64,000 nt of DNA from Candidatus Binatia bacterium (GCA_050735975.1 JBOHVS010000376.1:2986-66985), one strand, 5' to 3'. Positions 18,672 through 28,293 are shown, counted from the stretch's first letter. Translations and numbers: made by a program. Notes: generated by a model not told the origin, from the sequence alone.

Positions 18672-19868
18672 ATGGATTTTTGTCTTTCACCCGAGGAAGA
18701 AAGCCTGCGTCGAAGAGTCGAACAGTTTGTTCGCGACGAGCTGATTCCTCGGGAGCCGGAGTTCGAAAACGCTCCGGATATCTTCGAAGGCAGTCGATGG
18801 AAGAGCCGCGCCAAATTGAGCCGCGATCCAGAAATCAAGCGCTACGTCGAGATCATGGAGGAATTGGAAAAGAAAGCGGAAGCCAAAGGATTATGGTCTC
18901 TCGACGTGCCAAAGGAATTTGGCGGGGAGCAAGTCAGTAATGTTGCGATGATCGCTATCACGGAAGAGCTGGAGAAGACTTCGATCCCTTTTGAGCTCGG
19001 CAATCACGTCTCGAATATTCTTTATAATTGTAAAGACCACCAGAAGGAGAAGTTCCTTTGGCCCTGCATCCGCGGCGAGAAGACATCCGCTTTCGGGCTT
19101 ACCGAGCCGGCATCCGGCGCGGATCCCTCCATGCTGCAGACTACCGCGACGCCGGACGGAGATTACTTCATCGTCAACGGCACGAAGATGTTTCCAACAT
19201 TCGCCGATGTCGCGGATTTCGTTCAGCTGTTCGCCCGCCTGCCGGGCACTCAGGGGCGCGAAGGAATCACCTGTTTTCTGATCGAGACAGGGACGCCGGG
19301 CTATCGTGTTGTGCGCAGCATTGCCACCATCGCCGGGACCGAGCCCTGTGAGCTCGTATTCGAGGATTGTAAGGTTCACAAGGATCAGGTCCTCGGCGAA
19401 ATCGGCAAAGGCTGGCAGTTGAACCAGGCTTGGCTCGGCGCCAGACGTTTTCAGGTGGGCATCCGCGCTCATGGACAGTCCCATCGAGTTTTGCGCTGTG
19501 TAGCGGGGTTGCTGCGCGGTGATCCCAACGATACCGGGCGATTCGCGCAGCCGCTCGGACGTTTTTTGGGAGAACTGGAGACGCTGCGAGCGCTTACGTA
19601 TTTCGGCGCTTGGAAGGCGGACCAGAAAATGGACGTTCGTTGCGAGGCCGCCGGCGTGAAACTGTTTGCGACGGAGCTGTTGCACAAAGTCGTTGATTTT
19701 GGCTTGGAAGTGGCCGGAGCTGCGGGGCTGCGAAAAGAGCATGTGCTGGCCCGAGCCTTCCGGCATGCAAGGGCCAGGCGCATTGTCGAGGGGCCGTCGG
19801 AAATCCAGCGCCATATCATCCAGCGCGCGCTGTTTCGGGAAGGAATCGCCATGATGGAGTTGCCGTAA
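18672..19868 (+). CDS. Acyl-CoA dehydrogenase (catalytically complete)
   Basis: FGLTEPASGADPS, NGTKMF, and the C-terminal RRIVEGPSEIQRHII with Glu at the MCAD catalytic position. Confidence 0.9.
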   Translation: MDFCLSPEEESLRRRVEQFVRDELIPREPEFENAPDIFEGSRWKSRAKLSRDPEIKRYVEIMEELEKKAEAKGLWSLDVPKEFGGEQVSNVAMIAITEELEKTSIPFELGNHVSNILYNCKDHQKEKFLWPCIRGEKTSAFGLTEPASGADPSMLQTTATPDGDYFIVNGTKMFPTFADVADFVQLFARLPGTQGREGITCFLIETGTPGYRVVRSIATIAGTEPCELVFEDCKVHKDQVLGEIGKGWQLNQAWLGARRFQVGIRAHGQSHRVLRCVAGLLRGDPNDTGRFAQPLGRFLGELETLRALTYFGAWKADQKMDVRCEAAGVKLFATELLHKVVDFGLEVAGAAGLRKEHVLARAFRHARARRIVEGPSEIQRHIIQRALFREGIAMMELP

Positions 19869-19945
19869 TGCAGGCCTTTTTGCTCGGCCTACAACACAGG
19901 TTTCTCGGCAGGCGGTCTACAGTGTAACTATCGCCTTGTTCAGGT

Positions 19946-21073
19946 ATGGATCTTAAATTAAGTGAAGAAGAAAAACTCGTCAGAGAAACTGCCGCGCAAT
20001 TCGTTTCACGCGAGCTGATCGCCCGTGAGGGCAGATATCTAAAGCAGGAGGAATCTTTTTTGCCGCCTGGCGACCCGCCGCGCCGTGAGCTCGATCCGGA
20101 AGTTCGAGCGACCCTCGCGAGGGTTGCGAAGGGCATCGGTCTTTGGGCGCTGGAGCTTCCGCCGGAGGCGGATAGCCCGGCGCCAAGCGCCATGGCGCGC
20201 GTCTTGATCTATCGCGAGTTCGGCCGAACCATCCTGCCTTTTGCGCCTCCGTATATTCCAGCCTTGATGGCGAACCATGCTCACGCGGAAGCACTTGCGG
20301 ATGGTGAGATGTCTCTCGCGCTTGCCTTCGATCAAATTCATAAGAGTGGGACCCCGGGCGGCGTCGAGACGCGGTTCCGTCCAACGACGGAAGGTTATGT
20401 CTTGAGCAACTCCGACGTTGAGGCGCTCGATCCGGCTGTGGATCTTTACCTGTTGCCGGCACGGGAACAGGGCACCAACCGCGTGTGTCTGTTCTTGCTG
20501 CGCCGCGACACCCGTGGGTTCTCCATTGGCGACGAGGTCGATCTTACAACGGATTCGACGGTTGCGAGACTGACGTTGCGCGACTGCAGGGTGCCGGCGG
20601 ACGCTCTCATAGGCTATGAGTACGAAACCGCCGCGATCGTCGCCAGCGAACAGTTGCGGATCGCCGCCCGTTGTTTGGGGATTGGGATGCGTTGTCTGGC
20701 AGATTCTATAGAGCATGCGCGCAACCGTATAACGTTCGGCCGGCCGCTGGCCGCCCGGCAGTCTATCCAGTGGATGCTGGCGGACTTGTCCATCGACTTG
20801 GGCACCTGCACGTGGCTGACCCTGGAGGCGGCCTGGCGCGCCGATCAAGAACGGCCTTATTTCATGGCAGCCGCTCTGGCGAAGAAGAGAGCCGCCAAAA
20901 TGGCCTTCGAGGCGGCAGACACGGCAATCCAAATACACGGCGGATACGGAGTTTGCAAAGAGTTCCCGTATGAAGGGTTCTATCGGGAAGCGCGCTTGCT
21001 GCGGCTGCTTTACGGACGCGAAGCGGAACTGGACCGAGCGATCGGGGAAAAGTTTCTAAAGGCTGAAAGTTGA
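19946..21073 (+). CDS. Acyl-CoA dehydrogenase-fold protein with degenerate FAD/substrate motifs
   Basis: The ACAD C-terminal helical domain is recognisable (ITFGRPLAARQSIQWMLADL, IQIHGGYG). The TEPxxGSD motif is replaced by AFDQIHKSGT, and the YEG Glu position reads LLYGREAE (Tyr). Confidence 0.8.
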   Translation: MDLKLSEEEKLVRETAAQFVSRELIAREGRYLKQEESFLPPGDPPRRELDPEVRATLARVAKGIGLWALELPPEADSPAPSAMARVLIYREFGRTILPFAPPYIPALMANHAHAEALADGEMSLALAFDQIHKSGTPGGVETRFRPTTEGYVLSNSDVEALDPAVDLYLLPAREQGTNRVCLFLLRRDTRGFSIGDEVDLTTDSTVARLTLRDCRVPADALIGYEYETAAIVASEQLRIAARCLGIGMRCLADSIEHARNRITFGRPLAARQSIQWMLADLSIDLGTCTWLTLEAAWRADQERPYFMAAALAKKRAAKMAFEAADTAIQIHGGYGVCKEFPYEGFYREARLLRLLYGREAELDRAIGEKFLKAES

Positions 21074-21133
21074 TGATTTCCATTCTCGAGTTTTCAGTCC
21101 AGTAGAACTCGAGAGTGTTGGAAAACCTGTTTA

Positions 21134-21297
21134 CAGGCCGGTCAAAAAGATCTCAGATGCGAGGCGCGCATTCCGAGCAGATTGGGAAGGCTGAGGCCGA
21201 GCTTAACCTTAACCTCAAGCAGCGAGTGGAACGAGCGCAACGCCTGCCTGTGCGGCGCACGCAGACAGGAAGCGGGTGAGTCTTTTTCAACGCCCTG
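21134..21297. repeat. Composite: R1 arms enclosing R10 and R2 modules
   Basis: Left arm CAGGCCGGTCAAAAAGATCTCAGATGCGAGGCG, internal GCTTAACCTTAACCTCAAGC and CGCCTGCCTGTGCGGCGCACGCAGACAGG, right arm TGAGTCTTTTTCAACGCCC. Confidence 0.75.
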
Positions 21298-21308
21298 GGA
21301 GGGAGACC

Positions 21309-22460
21309 ATGCGACGTAAGAACGTGTGCTTCATAAGCTACGGTTCGACAGAGTATTCGAGGAAATCCGAGGACTCGGTGTTGACCCACTATGCAAATGC
21401 CATACGCCAGGCGCTGCAGCGAATCGGTCTGCACAAAAAAGAGATCCAGGGGCTTTCGATTACGACGCAAGCGAGTCCCGATTTCTCGCCGCACGTGGCC
21501 GAGCAACTGGGACTGGAACTGGATTGGGTGTTGAACGGAGATTACGGCGGGGCCGGTGGCGTTATGAGCGTGCGCCGGGCGGCGGATGCGATCGAGGCGG
21601 GCCATATCGAGATGGCGGTGCTTGTCGGCGGCAACTCGTTCGATAAGAGCGTCCCGCACCAGCGGCCGCTGGAATATCAGCGCGCTAACTATGTGGATGT
21701 TTATGGTTACGGCGGGCCCAATAGCCTCATGGCGCTGATTCAACGCCTGCATATGGAGCAGTACGGGACGATCATCGAGCAGATAGGAAAAATTGCCTTG
21801 GCCCAGCGTTACAACGCGCTGAACAATCCGCAAGCGTTGTTTCGCGAACCGATGAGCATGGATGATTATTTGAATTCACGGATGATCTCCGATCCGATTC
21901 GTCTCTTCGATTGCGTGATGCCATGCTCGGGCGCCGAATGCATTATTCTCGCCTCCGAAGAAAAAGCAAAGAAGATCACCGATAAGTTGGTCTATCTGGT
22001 CACTGACGCGGAGAGGGTGCATTATCAGGTCGGCAACATGGCGCCGGATAAGACGACGTTTGGGACGAAAGTGGTCGGCGATCGTCTCTTCAGCGAGGTT
22101 AAACGGGAAGATATCGATCTATTCGAGATCTACGACGACTACCCGATCGCGGTCATGATTCAGATCGAGGATCTCGGCTATTGTAAAAAAGGCGATGGGG
22201 GAAAGTTTGTCGATTCCCACGACTTGACCTATAAGGGCGATTTCCCTGTGAACACCGGCGGAGGCGAGCTTTCGGTCGGACAGGCAGGTTTAGCCGGCGG
22301 TTTCCTTCATATTGTCGAAGCGCTGCGTCAGCTGAGGGGCGAGTCTGAGGGGCACCAGGTACAGAAAGCCGAGCGCGCGTTGGTAACCGGTATCGGTTGG
22401 CTAAACTACGGGCGTAATCTCGGCACCACGGCTGGCTTGGTCATCGAAAGGAGAAAATAA
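21309..22460 (+). CDS. Thiolase-fold protein, SCP2/Ltp-type, lacking canonical catalytic residues
   Basis: ATG at 21309 after GGGAGGGA. The upstream part of ORF 21276 lies in a repeat. SCP2-thiolase-like C-terminus ...ALRQLRGESEGHQV..., but the Cys/His positions are substituted (see findings). Confidence 0.8.
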   Translation: MRRKNVCFISYGSTEYSRKSEDSVLTHYANAIRQALQRIGLHKKEIQGLSITTQASPDFSPHVAEQLGLELDWVLNGDYGGAGGVMSVRRAADAIEAGHIEMAVLVGGNSFDKSVPHQRPLEYQRANYVDVYGYGGPNSLMALIQRLHMEQYGTIIEQIGKIALAQRYNALNNPQALFREPMSMDDYLNSRMISDPIRLFDCVMPCSGAECIILASEEKAKKITDKLVYLVTDAERVHYQVGNMAPDKTTFGTKVVGDRLFSEVKREDIDLFEIYDDYPIAVMIQIEDLGYCKKGDGGKFVDSHDLTYKGDFPVNTGGGELSVGQAGLAGGFLHIVEALRQLRGESEGHQVQKAERALVTGIGWLNYGRNLGTTAGLVIERRK

Positions 22461-22897
22461 TGGCGGAATCAAGTCAGCCAAAGAAGAGTTTGCCCAAGAT
22501 CAATCCTATCGATCAACCCTACTGGCAAGGCGCCGCGGCCAGCAGGCTCCTGCTGCAGAAATGTAAGGATTGCGGCAAGCTTCAGTTTTTTCCCAGGCCG
22601 GTCTGTCTAGATTGCTTCAGCGGCAATCTCGAGTGGGTGCAAGCGTCGGGCAAGGGCAAGATCCACAGCTTTACCTGGGTGCGCGTGCCGCGCAGTCCGG
22701 CGTTTAAGGGAGAGACCCCGATTTGCTACATCAACGTTATCCTCGATGAAGGAGTCATCATGGAAAGCCGCCTCCTTGGGAACGGGGCGGAAGGAGTCAA
22801 GCTCGGCGACCGGGTGAAAGTCGCTTTTCAGGAGACGCATGATCCCGCAATCAAGTTGCCGGTGTTTGAGCTGGAGGGGCAATCCGCGCGGGAATGA
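22460..22897 (+). CDS. DUF35 OB-fold / Zn-ribbon protein (thiolase partner)
   Basis: Start overlaps the upstream stop (TAATG). Zn ribbon CKDCGKLQFFPRPVCLDC followed by an OB-fold segment. Confidence 0.85.
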   Translation: MAESSQPKKSLPKINPIDQPYWQGAAASRLLLQKCKDCGKLQFFPRPVCLDCFSGNLEWVQASGKGKIHSFTWVRVPRSPAFKGETPICYINVILDEGVIMESRLLGNGAEGVKLGDRVKVAFQETHDPAIKLPVFELEGQSARE

Positions 22898-23733
22898 CGA
22901 TAAGCAGCGTATTCAACCGGCACGCTGGAAAGGTAACAATGGTATTCCAACATTTACTGTTTGAAGTTCGCGATCAGGTAGCGTTCGTGACATTTAACCG
23001 ACCGGAGTCGATGAACGCGTACAACCGGCAGATGACGCGGGAGCTGATCGACGTGTGCAGGCATTGTGAGGGGGAGAGCGGGATCCGCGCGGCGATTTTT
23101 ACGGGAGCAGGCGACAAAGCTTTTTCCGCGGGGATGGATTTAAAGGAGCGGGCCGAAGCTCCCTTTTCGTTCATCGAACGACGTTATCAGAAGCTTGCCG
23201 CGACCATCTATACCCAGGCGCGCGCCGTGGCGGCTATCACAAAGCCGACCATTGCGGCGATCCGCGGATACTGTCTGGGTGGAGGTCTCGAGTTCGCGCT
23301 CGCGTGCGACATGCGGATTGCGGCTGAAGACGCCAAACTCGGGCTCACGGAAGTTCGGCGCGGGCTTATACCAGGGGCAGGCGGCACGCAAAGGCTGGCG
23401 CGCCTGGTAGGCACGGCCAAAGCATTGGAGATTTGTCTAACCGGCGACGCCGTGAGCGGGAGCGAAGCGTACCGATTGGGTCTTGTAAATGCGGTAGTGA
23501 CCCCGGATGCGGTGCTCAAAACGGCGGAGGATCTCGCTAACAGAATTCTTAAGGGAGCGCCGATGTCGGTAGCGTTTATCAAGGAAGCCATCAACAAAGG
23601 CATCGAGCTGCCGCTGGAACAAGGGCTTCGACTCGAAGCGGATCTGTCCGCCCTCGTTGCCACAACGGAAGACAGCAAGGAAGGGCCGCGCGCGTTTGTT
23701 GAGAAGAGAGAGCCGGTGTGGAAGGGAAAGTAA
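22894..23733 (+). CDS. Enoyl-CoA hydratase/isomerase (crotonase)
   Basis: VTFNRPESMNA, TGAGDKAFSAGMDLKE, GYCLGGGLEFALACD, GLTEVRRGLIPGAGG. ATGA overlap with DUF35. An alternative start at 22939 is possible. Confidence 0.9.
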   Translation: MTISSVFNRHAGKVTMVFQHLLFEVRDQVAFVTFNRPESMNAYNRQMTRELIDVCRHCEGESGIRAAIFTGAGDKAFSAGMDLKERAEAPFSFIERRYQKLAATIYTQARAVAAITKPTIAAIRGYCLGGGLEFALACDMRIAAEDAKLGLTEVRRGLIPGAGGTQRLARLVGTAKALEICLTGDAVSGSEAYRLGLVNAVVTPDAVLKTAEDLANRILKGAPMSVAFIKEAINKGIELPLEQGLRLEADLSALVATTEDSKEGPRAFVEKREPVWKGK

Positions 23734-23737
23734 ACAA

Positions 23738-23854
23738 TTTTGGATTTTCGATTTTAGATTTTCGATTGTCGGGGAATCAATCAACTCCAAATTCCAAAGT
23801 TTGTTCCGGAGTGTCTTGGCTATAATCTAAAATCCAAAATCAAAAATCTAAAAT
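23738..23854. repeat. Family R5 palindrome (AATCTAAAATCCAAAAT)
   Basis: Arms TTTTGGATTTTCGATTTTAGATTTTCGATT and AATCTAAAATCCAAAATCAAAAATCTAAAAT. The 17-mer at 23824-23840 is identical to 35754-35770. Confidence 0.8.
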
Positions 23855-23865
23855 GGAGTGAGTGA

Positions 23866-24681
23866 ATGGAGAGTCAGAAAGTTCTTTACGGCGTTAAAGA
23901 CAAAATTGCATGGATCACGTTGAGTCGGCCGGAATCCTTGAATGCCGTCAATCAGGAGATGCAAAAAGATATTATCAAGTTTTGCCGAATAGCGAACGAG
24001 GATCGGGAGGTTCAAGTCGTCATTTTCAAAGGAGCCGGAGAGAGGGCGTTTTCCGTCGGAGGCGACATAAAGGACCGGGCAAAGGCGAACGCCGAGGCCG
24101 GCGCAGGGCGGGAATCGCCGCTGGCGAGTAGACAAGCAAGGTTTACTTCCGGTATCCGGACACCTCCGCAAGCCATAGCAGCTCTCAACAAGGTCTCGAT
24201 CGCGTTAGTTCACGGCTATGTGATCGGGACGGGATTGTTGATGAGCCTTGCCTGCGATATCCGTATCGCCGCGGACAATGCCAGATTGGGGCTTAGCGAG
24301 GTCCGTCTCGGATTCATCCCGGCGTCAGGAGGGACACAGCGGATGGCGCGCCTCGTGGGCATTCCGAAAGCCCTGGAGATTTGTCTTTCCGGTGAACTTT
24401 TTGACGCGCAAGAAGCTTATCGAATCGGTCTCGTCAATCAACTGGTCGCCTATGATCAGTTGATACCGGCGGGTGAAAAAATGGCGCAATCCTTTATCAA
24501 AGGCGCTCCACTGGCAATGCGTTATATCAGGGAAGCGATTTACAAGGGAAGCGACCTTTCGCTGGAGCAAGGACTTCGATTCGAATCCGATCTTGCCGGG
24601 ATGGTGTCGAACACCGAAGATGCCAAGGAAGGGCCGCGCGCATTCGTTGAGAAGCGGCCGCCGGTGTGGAAAGGCAAGTAA
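23866..24681 (+). CDS. Enoyl-CoA hydratase/isomerase (crotonase), tandem paralogue
   Basis: ITLSRPESLNA, GAGERAFSVGGDIK, GLSEVRLGFIPASGG. The C-terminus KEGPRAFVEKRPPVWKGK is nearly identical to the upstream paralogue. Confidence 0.9.
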   Translation: MESQKVLYGVKDKIAWITLSRPESLNAVNQEMQKDIIKFCRIANEDREVQVVIFKGAGERAFSVGGDIKDRAKANAEAGAGRESPLASRQARFTSGIRTPPQAIAALNKVSIALVHGYVIGTGLLMSLACDIRIAADNARLGLSEVRLGFIPASGGTQRMARLVGIPKALEICLSGELFDAQEAYRIGLVNQLVAYDQLIPAGEKMAQSFIKGAPLAMRYIREAIYKGSDLSLEQGLRFESDLAGMVSNTEDAKEGPRAFVEKRPPVWKGK

Positions 24682-24685
24682 GAAG

Positions 24686-24816
24686 ATAGAGACAGAGACA
24701 GAGAGGGGATTCTGAATACTGGCTCCTGAGTAAAGAGAGACAGGAGCCGACAGAAAGATATGGACGGAGATGAAGAGGGAAGAGCGCGACGTTCCGAAGT
24801 GTTCTGTCTCTGTCTG
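24686..24816. repeat. Family R7 (AGACAGAGACAGAGA)
   Basis: AGAGACAGAGACAGAG at the left end, reverse-complementary CTGTCTCTGTCT at the right end. Confidence 0.75.
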
Positions 24817-24825
24817 GAATGAGTT

Positions 24826-26382
24826 ATGAGTCATTCGTTATTGATGGGCGACGGCTTGCGCCGCAACGCCTATAAATTTCCTGTAAAAATGGCCGCGCGC
24901 GATCGTTACCGCCAAATTACCTACGGCGATTTGAACCGTAGAGTGAATCAGCTCGCAAACGGGCTGCTCTCGATGGGCGTTCGCAAGGGCGACTCGGTTA
25001 CTGTGCTGGCAGGAAATCGCATCGAGCATTTGGAAGTTCTTTTCGCGACTGCCAAGATCGGCGCATTGGCGATTCCGCTCGATATCAAATGGCGCGCGCT
25101 TGAGCTGGGTTCAGTGTTGTCGTTTTTCAAACCGCGCGTGCTGATTTTGCAGGACGAGTGCGTTGGTGAGTTCAAAAAGGCAAGGGCGTCGTATGACCTC
25201 AACTTCTTGAAAACCGTCGTCACATCAGACTTGAATTATGGCGGCTTGCTCGGAGGCCAGAGCGTAGCGGAGCCGCCGGTAAAGGTCAATGAAGATGATC
25301 CGTTTGCCGTGCTGCTCACCTCCGGTACTACGGGGTTTCCCAAGGGATGCCTCGCCAGCCACAGGACTTTCGTTTTTCACTGCATCAACAACGCCATCGA
25401 GAAAGGGCTTGGTGTTCACGACCGCGCAATCCTCGGGTCGCCTATCTACTTCAACGCGGGCCGTTCGTTCACCTTGGCGATCATCTACTATGGCGGCACG
25501 ATGTTTCTTCACGAGCGATTTGACCCAGAAGAGATTCTCAAAACTATCGAACGCGAGAAGATTACCTATATGGGCGCGGTGCCGACGATGTGCGAGCGCA
25601 TGCTGCAGGTCCCGAATGTAGAGCACTACGACACGAGCTCTCTGCGATGCCTTGCCATCACAGGGGGGAAAGTGCATGAGCCGATCCTGCAGGCGCTCAG
25701 GAAATACATCACTCCGAACATCTATCGGACCTACGCCTCCACCGATTCCGGGCAGATGGCGATTTCGAAGCCGGGAGATATCGAGACAAAACCACTGGCT
25801 GCGGGCCGTCCGGTTTGGTGCGTTGAATTGCGCGTCGTGGATGACAATAACAATCCAGTCGCGGTGAACGAAGTCGGCGAGATCGTCTGCCAGAGCCCGC
25901 TGGCGACTCAGGGCTATTATATGAACCCCGAGGCAACCAACGCGGCCTTCCGCGACGAGTGGTTCTACACGGGCGATCTCGGCTATTTCGATGAAGAAGG
26001 GTACTTGTTTGTCGTCGGGCGCAAGAAAGACATGGTCAAGAGCGGCGGCATCAGTGTTTATCCTTTAGAGATCGAAGGCGTTCTTTATAAGCATCCCGAG
26101 GTTGTCGAAGCGGCGGTGATCGGCGTGCCGGATCCGCAGTGGGGCGAAGCGGTCAAGGCCGTGGTCACCCTCAAGGAGGGATCGCGAACCACCGGCGAGG
26201 ATCTCATAGGTTTTTCCAAGGAATGGTTGGCGCCCTACAAGGTTCCCAAATCAGTGGACATCGTTTGCTCATTGCCGCACACAGAGACCGGAAAAGTAGC
26301 GAAGGAAAAACTCAAGGAAGCAATTCTCAACCAAACAAGCTTAAGACCGGACCGAGATAACTTGAACTCTAATCGAAGGTGA
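24826..26382 (+). CDS. AMP-forming acyl-CoA synthetase/ligase
   Basis: AMP-binding motifs LLTSGTTGFPKG, YGGTM, FYTGDLGYFDEEGYLFVVGRKKDMVKSGG. Confidence 0.9.
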   Translation: MSHSLLMGDGLRRNAYKFPVKMAARDRYRQITYGDLNRRVNQLANGLLSMGVRKGDSVTVLAGNRIEHLEVLFATAKIGALAIPLDIKWRALELGSVLSFFKPRVLILQDECVGEFKKARASYDLNFLKTVVTSDLNYGGLLGGQSVAEPPVKVNEDDPFAVLLTSGTTGFPKGCLASHRTFVFHCINNAIEKGLGVHDRAILGSPIYFNAGRSFTLAIIYYGGTMFLHERFDPEEILKTIEREKITYMGAVPTMCERMLQVPNVEHYDTSSLRCLAITGGKVHEPILQALRKYITPNIYRTYASTDSGQMAISKPGDIETKPLAAGRPVWCVELRVVDDNNNPVAVNEVGEIVCQSPLATQGYYMNPEATNAAFRDEWFYTGDLGYFDEEGYLFVVGRKKDMVKSGGISVYPLEIEGVLYKHPEVVEAAVIGVPDPQWGEAVKAVVTLKEGSRTTGEDLIGFSKEWLAPYKVPKSVDIVCSLPHTETGKVAKEKLKEAILNQTSLRPDRDNLNSNRR

Positions 26383-26404
26383 GAAAGGTCGCGAACAACA
26401 ACGT

Positions 26405-27271
26405 ATGGATTTGGAGCCGAGAGAACACTATTTCATTCATGATGGCTTAAAGCTTCATTATTGGGAGTGGGGAGATCCTAAAGCGGAAACTTTTGTTTTC
26501 GTCCATGGTATCCGGGATCAGGGCCGGAGCTGGGAGCCGTTTATCGCTTCGATGATGGCGTTAGGTTGTCCCATCAAACATGCAGTCGCGCTTGATTTGC
26601 GCGGGCATGGCGACAGCGAGTGGCCTAACACGAGTCGCGGCTATCAACATGAAGACTTTCTTACTGACTTGTCAGGTCTGCTGCGCCACCTGGACAAAGA
26701 AACTTTGACTCTGGTCGGCCATTCTCTTGGCGGGAGCATGGCGCTGCTCTACGCCGGAACTTTCCCGGAAAAAATCAAGCGCATGGTGTTGCTTGAATCA
26801 CTCGGCCCGTTTGCGCGCTCCGATGACGAGGTGCCGGAAATTATGGCCGAAAGGTTGGATGGAAGGAACTATATCGAGATACCTTATCCGTATGCGTCGT
26901 TAAAAGACGCCGCCAAGGCGCTGCAAAAAAGATTTCCCCTCATCCCCGATCGCGCGGCGGCGCACATGGCTCTGTACGGGACGAGAAAAAATGGACAAAA
27001 CTATCGCTGGAGGCATGATCCGATCCTTCGCTATCGCACAACGACCATGCTCTCGGAGGGTCAGATCGAAGCTTTCATTCGACGGGTTAAATGTCCGATT
27101 CTATTTGTTTACGGCACCGAAAGCGATTTCATGCAATCGGTGCGCGGCCCGCGCGCGAAGCATTTCAATAACGCCCGGATAGTTCCGATTGAAGGCGCGG
27201 GTCATCACATTCCGCACGAGAAGCCGGACGAGGTGGCGAAGGTTATTGCGCCGTTTCTGTTTCCTGATTAA
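26405..27271 (+). CDS. Alpha/beta hydrolase
   Basis: HGIRDQGRSW oxyanion region, nucleophile elbow GHSLGG, C-terminal GAGHHIPHEKP. Confidence 0.85.
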   Translation: MDLEPREHYFIHDGLKLHYWEWGDPKAETFVFVHGIRDQGRSWEPFIASMMALGCPIKHAVALDLRGHGDSEWPNTSRGYQHEDFLTDLSGLLRHLDKETLTLVGHSLGGSMALLYAGTFPEKIKRMVLLESLGPFARSDDEVPEIMAERLDGRNYIEIPYPYASLKDAAKALQKRFPLIPDRAAAHMALYGTRKNGQNYRWRHDPILRYRTTTMLSEGQIEAFIRRVKCPILFVYGTESDFMQSVRGPRAKHFNNARIVPIEGAGHHIPHEKPDEVAKVIAPFLFPD

Positions 27272-27422
27272 ACAAAAACCCATCCAGGCGGCCCTGAGCA
27301 GAGTCGAAGGGTTGCGAGCTTTTCTTAAAGATCTCCGGTCTTGGTCCAAAACGCTTTCTTTGTTATGGTGCGACCTATCCATTTTACGATCAGTGCCGCG
27401 ACTTGACGTTTGGAGGTGAACC

Positions 27423-28238
27423 ATGGTCGAGATGAAAACCGTTTTAGAAAAAATCGATGAGGACTCCGGAGTCGCGTGGTTGACGTTAAACCGACCCGAA
27501 AGGAAGAACGCCATGAGCCGGAATCTGATTGCGGAGACGATCAGCATTCTCAAGGAACTGCGCGACAACGATAGAATTCGCTGCATCGTAACGACCGGAG
27601 CGGGAAATTCCTACTCTTCCGGGCTGGATCTCTATGACCTGAGGGAAAGTTGGAAGCGCAAGAGGAGATGGGACGAAGGGGGTTCGACTTATGAGATCGT
27701 CAAGTTGCTGCGCGCGTGCCCGCAAGTCACGGTTGCGGCCGTCAACGGTTGGTGTCTGGGCGGTGGCATGGCTCTGTTAAATGGGCACGACCTTGCGGTG
27801 GCCGCCGAATCGGCGATGTTCGGCATGCCGGAGATCATTCGGGGCAGCTATGGCGCTGTTGCAACGTCTACACTTTTCCACACAGGCATACCCTTCAAGA
27901 AAGCTTTCTACATCCAGTTAACAGGGAGAAATCTCACAGCAACTGAGGCGGAAAGAATCGGACTCGTTTCCCAGGTAGTGGCTGATAATCAACTGCTGCC
28001 GTACGTCGAGGCGCTGGCGAAAGAAATCGGCTCTCGAAACGGCGCGACTTTGGAGAGCGCAAAAATCGCGGCCTATATGGAAAAGGATATGGATTTTGAC
28101 ACCGCGCTTCGCACCGACGATCTCGTTTCGCACCGAATGAGGTATTACACCAATCCGTTAAGTGACGTGGAAGGCTACCTCCATTCTCAGAAGGGCGGCG
28201 GGAGCACGCGATATGTGAAACCGGAGGATAGAAAGTAA
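27423..28238 (+). CDS. Enoyl-CoA hydratase/isomerase family protein
   Basis: LTLNRPERKNAM, NGWCLGGGMALL, FGMPEIIRGSYG. SD GGAGGTGA upstream. Confidence 0.85.
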   Translation: MVEMKTVLEKIDEDSGVAWLTLNRPERKNAMSRNLIAETISILKELRDNDRIRCIVTTGAGNSYSSGLDLYDLRESWKRKRRWDEGGSTYEIVKLLRACPQVTVAAVNGWCLGGGMALLNGHDLAVAAESAMFGMPEIIRGSYGAVATSTLFHTGIPFKKAFYIQLTGRNLTATEAERIGLVSQVVADNQLLPYVEALAKEIGSRNGATLESAKIAAYMEKDMDFDTALRTDDLVSHRMRYYTNPLSDVEGYLHSQKGGGSTRYVKPEDRK

Positions 28239-28293
28239 CAGCGAGGAGCGGTTTGTCAAAGATTTTACTGGCTGCTCGAACATAGGACTTGAA

